64,000 nucleotides of DNA, from contig BDTG01000041.1 in NCBI GenBank assembly GCA_002897695.1, forward strand, positions 20,101-84,100, written 5' to 3'. Both the position numbers and the translations under genes were made by a program. This DNA is from a bacterium BMS3Abin14. GTDB taxonomy: Bacteria > BMS3Abin14. Each line of letters begins with the position of its first letter. Positions within the stretch are counted from its first letter, which is position 1. This document shows, piece after piece, positions 33,462 to 42,407 of the stretch. Under the pieces are notes generated by a model that saw nothing but the letters and a program-made list of their open reading frames with translations, searched no databases and was not told the DNA's origin.

Positions 33462-34655
33462 TCAATATCTTACAGCTATCACACCGCCGATGGTGACGGC
33501 AAGGGCCAAAGCAGCCCCGGCGTAAAAGGGCCCCGGGATGCCCCACCATGTGTAGGCAATCCCCATAACCATGGGGCCGGCAGTCTGACCCATCCTGAGC
33601 ACCATACCGTTAACCGACATGAGAACCCCCCGATGTTCGATGGGAGCAAAACCGGCCATGAGGGACATTATGGCCGGTATGTTCATCCCGTGGCCAAAGC
33701 CGAAGATCACGGCCGGAAGTACGTAAAGGGGCACGGAGGGCATGGCCGGGATGAGAAGGAGGGCCGCTCCATAGAACAGAAAAGCTGCCTTGATCAGGTT
33801 TTTCTCGCCGAATTTCGCGGACAGCCTTCCCATCTGTGTCGAGGTCAGGGCGGTACTCACCGACATGGCCGACATGAGCAGCCCGATGGTCATGGTTGAG
33901 GCTCCGAATCGGCCATCCACCAGAAGGGGGAAAAACGTCAGCAGGGAACCGTAAAGGATGATAAAGGTGGCGATGCTCACCAGAAAAACTCCCAGGACCC
34001 CCCTGTTTTTCAGAACTTCCCATGCTCCCTTCAGGTAGTCGGAAAGTTTCTGGTGACCTTCAGGCTCAGGATTTTCAAGATGGAAAAGGGCCGCATATGC
34101 TACCGGCAGCGCAAGGATGGGCAGGAAAAAAGGGTAGTTCCACCCAAAAAGAGCCATGGCGCCCCCAATGGCCGGGTAGCTCGCGGTACCCACCGAAAGA
34201 ACGCTGGAGTTGTAGCCCATGGCCATGGCCCTCTCCTTGCCGGAGAACAGGTCCCCGATGATGGTCCCGGTGAGGGAGGAGAGGGCGGCAGCCCCAACCC
34301 CCTGAAAGAACCTCAGGAACAGCAGGGCCTTGAAGCTTCCGGCAAATCCGCACCCGCTGCCGGCCAGGCCGAAAAGGAGAAGGGAAGGTATGAGGATCTT
34401 TTTTCTTCCGTAACGGTCCGAAAGGACGCCGAGGAACGGAGCCAGGATCATGCCCGGGAAGGTAAAGATGGTGATGAGAAGCCCCACCTGATGCGGTTTG
34501 ATTCCCAGATCCTGGATGATCCGTGGAAATGCGGGGGTGATGCTTGCCACGCTCAGGACCGCCATGAGAGTCACGCAGTAGATAATGCGGAGGTTCCGGT
34601 CGAGCCAGAGTCTGCCCTTCCACGCGCGGGCAGCCGCGTCCGGTCCGGAGTTCAA
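33462..34655 (-). CDS. MFS transporter (TTG start)
   Basis: 12 predicted TM helices and an MFS motif GxLSDRYGRKK between TM2 and TM3. Confidence 0.8.
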   Translation of the reverse strand: MNSGPDAAARAWKGRLWLDRNLRIIYCVTLMAVLSVASITPAFPRIIQDLGIKPHQVGLLITIFTFPGMILAPFLGVLSDRYGRKKILIPSLLLFGLAGSGCGFAGSFKALLFLRFFQGVGAAALSSLTGTIIGDLFSGKERAMAMGYNSSVLSVGTASYPAIGGAMALFGWNYPFFLPILALPVAYAALFHLENPEPEGHQKLSDYLKGAWEVLKNRGVLGVFLVSIATFIILYGSLLTFFPLLVDGRFGASTMTIGLLMSAMSVSTALTSTQMGRLSAKFGEKNLIKAAFLFYGAALLLIPAMPSVPLYVLPAVIFGFGHGMNIPAIMSLMAGFAPIEHRGVLMSVNGMVLRMGQTAGPMVMGIAYTWWGIPGPFYAGAALALAVTIGGVIAVRY

Positions 34656-34972
34656 CCGAAACCTTCATTGTTTGATAGGGTCGTAAAAAGTCCAGTCATG
34701 ATTTTTTTTGCAAAGCCGTCAATTTTCTCCACGAGATGGTCTCATTGCCGCAAGTTTACTTCAACGCGGGGGCATATACCAGATACAACCGGCCTGCCGG
34801 GAAAAGAGTGTATTGCCTGAAATACAGGCAGCACACTCAGGTTCAATGCCATATTTTCGTCCAATGGAGTTACCGCAGAATGCCCCTTATTCCCTTTGCC
34901 GTTGTACCGAATAAATAGCCATCTATTTGGAAAATAAAGAAATTCAGATTGGCAAACCCCCTTTGGAAAAAA

Positions 34973-34987
34973 TGGCACGGGCCTTGC
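34973..34987 (+). promoter_or_regulatory. Sigma54 (-24/-12) promoter for glnB-amtB
   Basis: TGGCACgggccTTGC matches the TGGCAC-N5-TTGC consensus about 60 nt upstream of the glnB ATG. The dyad TGCCTGaaataCAGGCA at 34814-34830 is a candidate enhancer site. Confidence 0.6.
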
Positions 34988-35044
34988 CCCTATGTGGGCG
35001 GCCCTGACGACGGGACCCAACAACCAATTGGGAGGGAGACTTAA

Positions 35045-35386
<342 letters not shown>

Positions 35387-35505
35387 AACGGTCATTGACG
35401 CTTGGACGCGGCAAAAAAATCCGCGGTGCATGCAGACCTTACTCAAATGCAGGGCCGCGGCTAGTGAACCGGAGTGAGAAATCATTTAATACGGAGGGTT
35501 CAAAA

Positions 35506-36804
35506 ATGATCAAGTCACTTATATCGGTATTTCTCAGACACAGAATTTTATTAATGACCATTGCGATCACGGCTATGCCGGCCGTTGCCCACGCGGACAC
35601 CCTTGACAGCGGGGACACCGCCTGGATGATCACCGCTACCGCACTGGTACTTTTCATGACCATTCCAGGGCTGGCCCTTTTTTACGGCGGTCTGGTCCGG
35701 ACCAGGAACATCCTTTCCGTCCTCATGCAATGCTTTTCCATCACCGCCCTCATAACCATCCTGTGGGTGGTGGCAGGTTACTCCCTCAGTTTCGGCACGG
35801 GAAACGCTTTTTTCGGAGACTTTTCCATGGTTTTCCTTAAGGGGATAGGACCGGATTCCATGTCTGGAACCATCCCCAAAATCCTGTTCGTCATGTTCCA
35901 GCTCACCTTCGCAATTATCACCCCGGCTCTCATTATCGGCGCTTTCGCCGAGCGGATGAAGTTCTCAGCCATGCTCCTTTTCACCGGAGCATGGATGTTG
36001 CTCATCTACAGCCCGATCTGCCACTGGGTTTGGGGAGGCGGCTGGCTCGGCAGCATGGGAGCCCTGGACTTCGCCGGGGGCACCGTGGTCCACATCAATG
36101 CCGGGGTCGCCGGCCTGGTTGCAGCCCTCGTCCTCGGCAAACGTAAGGGATACCCCAAGGCCCCCATGATGCCCCACAGCCTCACCCTGTCGGTGGTGGG
36201 AGCCGGCATGCTGTGGGTGGGATGGTTCGGCTTTAACGCCGGGTCAGAACTCGCCGCCGACGGCACCGCCGGCATGGCCCTTGCCGTGACCCAGATTGCC
36301 GCTGCGGCAGCCACCCTCGCCTGGATGTTCGCCGAGTGGATCAAGCACGGCAAGCCCAGCGTCCTGGGAGCCATCACGGGCGCCGTGGCCGGCCTCGTGG
36401 CCATCACCCCGGCCTCCGGTTTCGTAGGTCCCATGGGGGCCATCGCCATCGGCCTGGCATCCGGAGTCATCTGCTTCATCGCAGCCACCACCCTGAAACG
36501 GGCATTGGGCTACGACGATTCCCTGGACGCCTTCGGTGTCCATGGCGTTGGCGGTACTGTGGGAGCCATCCTTACGGGTGTTTTCGCTTCTCCGGCCCTT
36601 GGCGGCTTCGCCAAGATATCCGGGATCGGCGGGCAGCTTTGGATCCAGTTCATAAGTGTCGCCGCCACCATCGGATACAGCGCCGTTGGCTCCTTCGTTA
36701 TCCTGAAGGCGGTGGACCTGCTGGTGGGGCTGAGAGTGACCGAGGAGGAGGAAGTAACGGGGCTCGACATCACGCAGCACAACGAGAAAGGCTACGACTA
36801 CTGA
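35506..36804 (+). CDS. amtB: Ammonium transporter AmtB. Start ATG 35506 with RBS ggaggg; the track ORF is from 35395.
   Basis: Signal peptide and Amt-family TM core (DFAGGTVVHINAG, twin-His region). Confidence 0.9.
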   Translation: MIKSLISVFLRHRILLMTIAITAMPAVAHADTLDSGDTAWMITATALVLFMTIPGLALFYGGLVRTRNILSVLMQCFSITALITILWVVAGYSLSFGTGNAFFGDFSMVFLKGIGPDSMSGTIPKILFVMFQLTFAIITPALIIGAFAERMKFSAMLLFTGAWMLLIYSPICHWVWGGGWLGSMGALDFAGGTVVHINAGVAGLVAALVLGKRKGYPKAPMMPHSLTLSVVGAGMLWVGWFGFNAGSELAADGTAGMALAVTQIAAAAATLAWMFAEWIKHGKPSVLGAITGAVAGLVAITPASGFVGPMGAIAIGLASGVICFIAATTLKRALGYDDSLDAFGVHGVGGTVGAILTGVFASPALGGFAKISGIGGQLWIQFISVAATIGYSAVGSFVILKAVDLLVGLRVTEEEEVTGLDITQHNEKGYDY

Positions 36805-36828
36805 TCTTTTCAGTTCCAGGTTCCGGGT

Positions 36829-36870
36829 AAAGGAAGCCCGGCGGGGATTGCCCGCCGGGCTTCCTTTAGT
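36829..36870. terminator. Rho-independent terminator after amtB: a 14-bp GC stem that is bidirectional with bfr
   Basis: aggaagcccggcgg-ggattg-cccgccgggcttcct followed by ttagtgtttc. Confidence 0.7.
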
Positions 36871-36874
36871 GTTT

Positions 36875-36918
36875 CTCTGGACTCTGGACTGTATTGTCTC
36901 CCTCTGGACTCTGGACTC
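36875..36918. repeat. Two pairs of tandem CTCTGGA(C) heptamers
   Basis: ctctggactctggact ... ctctggactctggactc between the amtB terminator and the bfr stop. Confidence 0.6.
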
Positions 36919-36922
36919 GGTT

Positions 36923-37363
36923 TTACAGGTCTCCCAGCCACCCCTCGAAGATGTCCAGATGTCCCTCCTCGTCCTCGAGGATCTGCTCGAACAGCTTCCT
37001 GGTCACCACGTCGTCCTCTTCAGCGGCCAGTTGGATGATTTTATGATACAGGGCGACAGCCCCCTCTTCGGCCTTGGCATCCAGGGTGATCATCTCCTTG
37101 ATGTCACCACCCACCGCAATGGGGTCCGGTTTGGTAGTGGGGGTGCCCCCCAGGTAGTTGAGGCGTTCGGCGATGAATTCGGCGTGGGTCATCTCATTCA
37201 TGGCGATGATCCTGAGCTGGTCCTTGACGGAAAAACCCTTGATCCCGATCCACTGAATGTGCTGCCACATGTATTGAGTGACGACCTGCAGTTCCCTGGA
37301 GATGGCCTTGTTGAGCAGATCGAGAAGTTCCTTGGAAGCCTTTTTTCTGTGTTTGGCGGACAT
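36923..37363 (-). CDS. bfr: Bacterioferritin/ferritin-like protein
   Basis: Ferritin-like four-helix pattern ending EDEEGHLDIFEGWL, similar to the Bfr C-terminus. Confidence 0.7.
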   Translation of the reverse strand: MSAKHRKKASKELLDLLNKAISRELQVVTQYMWQHIQWIGIKGFSVKDQLRIIAMNEMTHAEFIAERLNYLGGTPTTKPDPIAVGGDIKEMITLDAKAEEGAVALYHKIIQLAAEEDDVVTRKLFEQILEDEEGHLDIFEGWLGDL

Positions 37364-37902
37364 TCTTTTCCTCCTGTCTGGTTTTGTTTCTGCAACCCCG
37401 GTGCAAATGGCCGGGGTTTTCGTAATGGTTTCACTTTAACGCAATTTTGCGGTGAAGCAAAGTAATGGCTCACCGCGACAAGACACGTTGTTTTACCACA
37501 GTGCAGCCGCTTGCAGACTGCACCACAGGGTTTTAAACAGGATCATCCTGGAAATACGTACTCACTACGCATAAAAGCTGGATTTAACAGGGATGAAGGT
37601 CGCTCTTTTCCCCCTCACCTCGGTCCTCTCCCCCCAGCCTCCTTCGCACAAAGCTTCGGCGGGCCAAGGGGGAGAGGAAGAATATCCTGTGATAAATCGA
37701 CGCGACAGGCGCAATGACATGCGTTGCTCCGCACGAGATTGCCGCGCCGCGGTTTCACTCAGGCTCGCAATGACAGAAAATAACAAGGTATCCATAAACC
37801 GGATGAACCCTATTTTAAAACCCTACCTGCCCTGAGCAAGCGCAGCGCTTCGAAGGGTGGTGTGACCTGCATGTGGTCACGCTGTGGTGAGTTAGCTTTC
37901 GA

Positions 37903-38811
37903 TCAATCGATCACGAAACGGTCGATGATACCGGCTTTGTCGTCGATGACGGCTACCCGAAGCTGTCCGTCACGGCGGTAAAGTACACAGAAATGATACG
38001 CCTTGACGAACACCCTGTTGAGTGGACTCTCAGCATGGCAGGAATACAGGGGGGCGCCGCCGCCTCCGGTGACGACATACGGAATTCCGCCAACCTCGAA
38101 CCTCTGATAGTTGTGATCGTGGCCGCTGAAAACCGCGCCCACACCGTAGGTCCTGAAAAGGGGGACGAGAATCCGGCGGAGTTTTTCCCCGCTCCTGCGG
38201 TGGGACCCGATGTTGTACGGTGGGTGGTGAAACACCGCGATGATCGTTCCCCCGCTTCCTGAACTTCCCTCAAGATCCCCGATCAGCCACCTGTGCTGGT
38301 CTGAACCCGGGGACAGGTCCACATTGGTATCCAGGACGATGAAGTGAATCCCGTCGACATCGACGGAATACCACCCCTTATTGTCGGGCAGGCCGAACCG
38401 GTCGAAGAAAAGGGGGGACTCTTTCTCGTGGTTTCCCAAGGCGGGGTAGAAGGCCGTAGTGCTTCTGAGTCCGGACGTTATATCGCTAAAGACCTTCCAC
38501 TCATCCTCGCGGTTCCCGTTCGCCACCAGATCGCCCGTGTGGAAGACGGCAGCCGGTTTGACGTGGGTTATCCCCTGGACCAGGTCCCGATGGGTCGAGT
38601 GGCCGCTCCGGGTATCGCCGTAGATGACGATGCCGCCATTCAGATAGTCCGGCAGAGCGTTCCATTTTGTCCCTGCACCGGCTGACGACAGGAGCGGAAA
38701 CAGCAGAAAAAAGACTGACAGTACACATGAGATTGCCACGCTTCTTCCAGCCGCTCGCAATGACGGGATTGGAGTCTGTTTTTCACACGTTGGACATTGG
38801 ACATTGGACAT
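37903..38811 (-). CDS. Secreted calcineurin-like metallophosphoesterase. The true start is probably an internal TTG/GTG ahead of the signal peptide.
   Basis: GDTRSGH, GDLV, GNHE and GHDH metallophosphatase motifs. Signal peptide RAAGRSVAISCVLSVFFLLFPLLSSAGA. Confidence 0.7.
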   Translation of the reverse strand: MSNVQCPTCEKQTPIPSLRAAGRSVAISCVLSVFFLLFPLLSSAGAGTKWNALPDYLNGGIVIYGDTRSGHSTHRDLVQGITHVKPAAVFHTGDLVANGNREDEWKVFSDITSGLRSTTAFYPALGNHEKESPLFFDRFGLPDNKGWYSVDVDGIHFIVLDTNVDLSPGSDQHRWLIGDLEGSSGSGGTIIAVFHHPPYNIGSHRRSGEKLRRILVPLFRTYGVGAVFSGHDHNYQRFEVGGIPYVVTGGGGAPLYSCHAESPLNRVFVKAYHFCVLYRRDGQLRVAVIDDKAGIIDRFVID

Positions 38812-38817
38812 TGGACT
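38790..38817. repeat. Tandem TTGGAC(A/T) heptamer x4
   Basis: ttggacattggacattggacattggact, in the 5' region of the phosphoesterase gene. Confidence 0.7.
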
Positions 38818-38840
38818 ATCCTGCCCCCAGATCGGGCAGC

Positions 38841-39455
38841 CTACAGCCTGATGCCGTAGGACCTCAGAAGCAGCACGGTTTCCATGAGCGGAAGGCCGAT
38901 GACATTGGTATAGGACCCCACTATCCCCTCGATGAAGATGGCCCCCCTTCCCTGGATCGCGTAGGCTCCGGCTTTATCCCGATATTCCCCGGAATCGAGG
39001 TACCAGTTTATTTCCCACTCCTCGAGCAGTTTCATCCTCACCCGGGTTTCGACGGTAACCACCCGTTTTTTATCCTTGTTGATCCAGACGGCGGCAATGG
39101 CCGAGAGGACAGTATGTTCCTTCCCGGCAAGCCTTCTGAGCATGGCCTTCGCGTCCCTCTTGTCCCTGGGCTTGCCGAGTACCTTGCGACCGTTGAGAAT
39201 GACCACCGTATCGCATCCCAGAACGATATCGTCAGGGTAATCCGCAGCTACGCCTTGCGCTTTCTCCATGGCCAGGCGCTCCACGTGTTCCCGGGGTGTC
39301 TCCTTGGGCAGGAGTTTCTCATTCACCTGAGGAAACGCCACCTCAAACTTCAGCCCCGTAAGCGCGAGCAGTTCCTTCCGGCGGGGTGATGCTGATGCGA
39401 GGACGATCTTCTTGCGGCGTGACCACCATCTCTTGGCAATTCTCATTGGGTCCAT
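38841..39455 (-). CDS. maf: Maf-like nucleoside triphosphate pyrophosphatase / septum formation protein
   Basis: IVLASASPRRKELL motif and the Maf fold pattern. Start uncertain. Confidence 0.8.
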   Translation of the reverse strand: MDPMRIAKRWWSRRKKIVLASASPRRKELLALTGLKFEVAFPQVNEKLLPKETPREHVERLAMEKAQGVAADYPDDIVLGCDTVVILNGRKVLGKPRDKRDAKAMLRRLAGKEHTVLSAIAAVWINKDKKRVVTVETRVRMKLLEEWEINWYLDSGEYRDKAGAYAIQGRGAIFIEGIVGSYTNVIGLPLMETVLLLRSYGIRL

Positions 39456-39545
39456 TGTCTCATCATCTTTGGCAGGGTCGTCAAAAGTTCTGTTAAGGAT
39501 ATAGTTTCAAAACGTGTGTGTCTTTTATTACCACACGGCGCCCAA

Positions 39546-41129
39546 TTAAACCACTTTTCCGGATCGGCCGCCAAAGAGCGTCCATGGAAGTTTACCGTTC
39601 CTTCTGTCAAAGAGGATACGGTCTGCATCCGGAAAGATCCGCTGGAGTTTTCGCAGGGAGATACCCCCTGCGGGGAGCGCCCCCAGCGCTTTTCCAAGAT
39701 TCCTGTCCCCAAGGGATATCAGGGCGTCCAGATAGGCTCCCCTCATGGAACCTGCCTGGAACCTGACCCCTCCCATGCGTCCTATTTTCTCCCTCAAGGA
39801 TTTCAGCCTTCTCGACAGCACATCCTCGGCCGCCATGGGCTCCCTTTCCAGTGGAGTGTGGGGTTTGGGAACGAAAGGATTAACGCTTACAGTTATGTTC
39901 CCGACCTTTCCTCTTTTGCGTCCAGCCCCCACCACCTTGTCCCTGATGCGGCCTACCAGGTCGGAGATGGCCGCCATATCATCGTCCTCTTCACCGGGCA
40001 GCCCTACCATGAAGTACACCTTCACACCCGGAACCCGCGCCCGCTGAAGGAGGTTTACGGCTTCCATGATCGCATCGTCCGAGAACCCTTTTCCAACTGT
40101 CTTTCTGAGGGCAGATGTCCCGGCTTCGGGAGCGAGTGAAACGGTTCGGTGCCCACTTGCCGCGAGCATTTCCGCCAGTTCAGGGGTCATACGTTCCAGC
40201 CTGACCGATGAGGGGGAAAACCTTCCCCCCAGATCAAGGATCATCCTTCCCGCATCGAGAAGCTCAGGATGGTACGATACCGCGGTCCCCACCAGCCCTA
40301 TCTTCCTCCTGTATTTCAGGCCGGTCCGTACCTCCTTCTCCATCCTTTCCAACCCCAGAAAGCGCACCGGGCCGCATATATGGGAAGCCGCGCAGAAGCT
40401 GCATTTTGCGCCGCATCCCCTGGAGATCTCCAGGGGATACATGGAACCGAATTCAGTGCCCCGTGCCACCACGGCGGGCCTGGCGGGTTTCACATCCAGG
40501 GAGGATACCATGGATCGCTCAATCCATGGGGACATCGACCCGAGGGGTCTGGGAATCAGGTAGCGGGAACCTTTTACTTCGCCGGCGCTGTACATGGAGG
40601 GGACATAAGCGCCGGGCAGGCCGGCAGCCAACTCCAGGATACGATCTCTGCTTCCGGAAGGCCCAGCCGAGAGAAGAATGTCGGGGAGGGTCTCGAAAAC
40701 AGGTTCAGAATCGCCGATAATAATCAGATCGAAAAACTGGGCGACCGGTTCAGGGTTGATGGTCAGGGCAGCCCCGCCGCCCAGCACAAAGGGCCCGGCC
40801 GCCTCTGGTGCGAACGGGGCAACTCCTCCCGCTTCCAGCATCCGGGGGAGGTGAACAAGATCCGGCTGAAAGGAAACGGAGAATGCCACGACATCGAACT
40901 CGGACAGGGAACGGCTGCCATCGGGGAAATAGAGCCCGCTTCCCTCCCAGAAAACCCTTCGTACGTCAAAACCTGGAACATCAAGAAACCCTCTCAAGAC
41001 CGCCTGGTAGCCGAGGTTTGACATGCCCACCCAATAGCTGTTGGGATAAGCGACCGCCACCCTCAATGAGCCTCCCCTGGCAGGCCGGGGGGAAACCCAG
41101 GCCTCATCCAGCGGGCTCCGGGCGTTCAT
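39546..41129 (-). CDS. B12-binding-domain radical SAM protein (TIGR03960-like, uncharacterised)
   Basis: N-terminal VAVAYPNSYWVGMSNLGYQ B12-binding-like region and a CxxxCxxC radical SAM motif (RGCGAKCSFC). Confidence 0.75.
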   Translation of the reverse strand: MNARSPLDEAWVSPRPARGGSLRVAVAYPNSYWVGMSNLGYQAVLRGFLDVPGFDVRRVFWEGSGLYFPDGSRSLSEFDVVAFSVSFQPDLVHLPRMLEAGGVAPFAPEAAGPFVLGGGAALTINPEPVAQFFDLIIIGDSEPVFETLPDILLSAGPSGSRDRILELAAGLPGAYVPSMYSAGEVKGSRYLIPRPLGSMSPWIERSMVSSLDVKPARPAVVARGTEFGSMYPLEISRGCGAKCSFCAASHICGPVRFLGLERMEKEVRTGLKYRRKIGLVGTAVSYHPELLDAGRMILDLGGRFSPSSVRLERMTPELAEMLAASGHRTVSLAPEAGTSALRKTVGKGFSDDAIMEAVNLLQRARVPGVKVYFMVGLPGEEDDDMAAISDLVGRIRDKVVGAGRKRGKVGNITVSVNPFVPKPHTPLEREPMAAEDVLSRRLKSLREKIGRMGGVRFQAGSMRGAYLDALISLGDRNLGKALGALPAGGISLRKLQRIFPDADRILFDRRNGKLPWTLFGGRSGKVV

Positions 41130-41135
41130 CTACCC

Positions 41136-42287
41136 TTAATCCGCCTGGCGCCTTAAAAACGCGGGGACCTCAAATTCTTCCTCATCAATGGCCGACATTG
41201 CCGGGCGTCTGGTCTTTTCCGAAGGGGCTTCGGCCTCCTTGTTTCTGATAAAAGTCGGTAATTCAGTATCCTGTGAACCTGCGCCTCCCCAGGAAGACAC
41301 CCTGGAGTCAAGGCCTTGCCTCGTTTGTTCCTGCCCGAAACCGGTCGCAATAACGGTCACCATGAGATTCTCATCCATGGAATCATCCTCGACCCATCCA
41401 AAAATAATCTCGGCATCCTCGTGAACAGCGCTTCGGACAATGGCCGATGCGTTCTGGATCTCCTGCATGCCGATGCCCTTGTTTGCGGTGATATTGATGA
41501 GGACCCCTCTGGAACCATCGATACTGTTGTCCTCCAGGAGCGGGCTGGAAATAGCCGTCTGTGCGGCCTCGGACGCTCGGTCATCACCCTGGGCAATCCC
41601 GGTGCCCATGAGAGCTCGTCCCTTCCCTTCCATGATCCTTTTCACATCAGCGAAATCGAGGTTGATGATTCCAGGCTTTGTGATGAGATCGGATATACCC
41701 TTAACCGCACAGTGAAGAACATCGTCCACAACCTTGAAAGCGTCCGTTGCGAGGGCGCCATGTTTGATCACCGAAAAAATGCGATCATTGGGAATTACGA
41801 TCAGGGTGTCAACACTTTTACGCAGCTCTTCCAGCCCGTTTTCCGCGTTTTTCATCCGCACGCGGCCTTCGAACTCGAAGGGCTTGGTTACAACCCCGAC
41901 GGTGAGTATGCCGGCATCTTTTGCTATTCCCGCGACCACGGGAGCAGCTCCAGTGCCCGTTCCACCCCCCATGCCGGCGGTGATGAACACCATATCCACG
42001 CCCTGGATCGACTCGGAAATTTGATCCTTGCTCTCCTGCGCCGAACGCAGGCCAATCTCAGGATCCGCGCCGGCGCCGAGACCGTGTGTCACCTCTTCCC
42101 CCAACTGGATTTTAGTGGGTGCATCGGATCTTTTTAACGCCTGCGCATCTGTATTGGCGGCGATGAAATCAACATTTTTCAACATTGACTTGATCATATT
42201 GTTAATGGCATTGCCGCCGCCCCCCCCGACTCCGATGACCTTGATCCGGGCCTGAAGGTCCTTGCTCTCCTCTACGAACTGAAACAT
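41136..42287 (-). CDS. ftsZ: Cell division GTPase FtsZ
   Basis: GVGGGGGNA tubulin signature and the T7 loop. Confidence 0.95.
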   Translation of the reverse strand: MFQFVEESKDLQARIKVIGVGGGGGNAINNMIKSMLKNVDFIAANTDAQALKRSDAPTKIQLGEEVTHGLGAGADPEIGLRSAQESKDQISESIQGVDMVFITAGMGGGTGTGAAPVVAGIAKDAGILTVGVVTKPFEFEGRVRMKNAENGLEELRKSVDTLIVIPNDRIFSVIKHGALATDAFKVVDDVLHCAVKGISDLITKPGIINLDFADVKRIMEGKGRALMGTGIAQGDDRASEAAQTAISSPLLEDNSIDGSRGVLINITANKGIGMQEIQNASAIVRSAVHEDAEIIFGWVEDDSMDENLMVTVIATGFGQEQTRQGLDSRVSSWGGAGSQDTELPTFIRNKEAEAPSEKTRRPAMSAIDEEEFEVPAFLRRQAD

Positions 42288-42340
42288 ATGTCACCTCCCT
42301 GGTATTAGGACAGTGTTCCCCGCACTATTTTTGATAGAGC

Positions 42341-42406
42341 CGTTAAAAGTCCACCTGTCTGCATGCAAGCACAGGCAGGTTCGCGACTTTTTGCAAAGTC
42401 ATCACG
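42341..42406. repeat. Intergenic repeat/hairpin element E4 in the ftsA-ftsZ gap
   Basis: ttaaaagtccacctgtctgcatgcaagcacaggcaggttcgcgactttttgcaaagtcatcacg. The frame A-run-GTC [GC-rich palindrome] GAC-T-run is shared with the other copies. Confidence 0.7.
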
Positions 42407-42407
42407 T

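Noticed and set aside
34053-34820. 255-aa + strand ORF and 197-aa minus ORF
   Set aside because: Both overlap the MFS transporter, which has a clear 12-TM profile. Compositionally biased and without domains.
36006-36780. 161/178/90-aa minus-strand ORFs
   Set aside because: Antisense to amtB.
38790-38817. Possible CRISPR array (short direct repeats)
   Set aside because: Units are 7 nt with no spacers. Not CRISPR; treated as heptamer tandem repeats.
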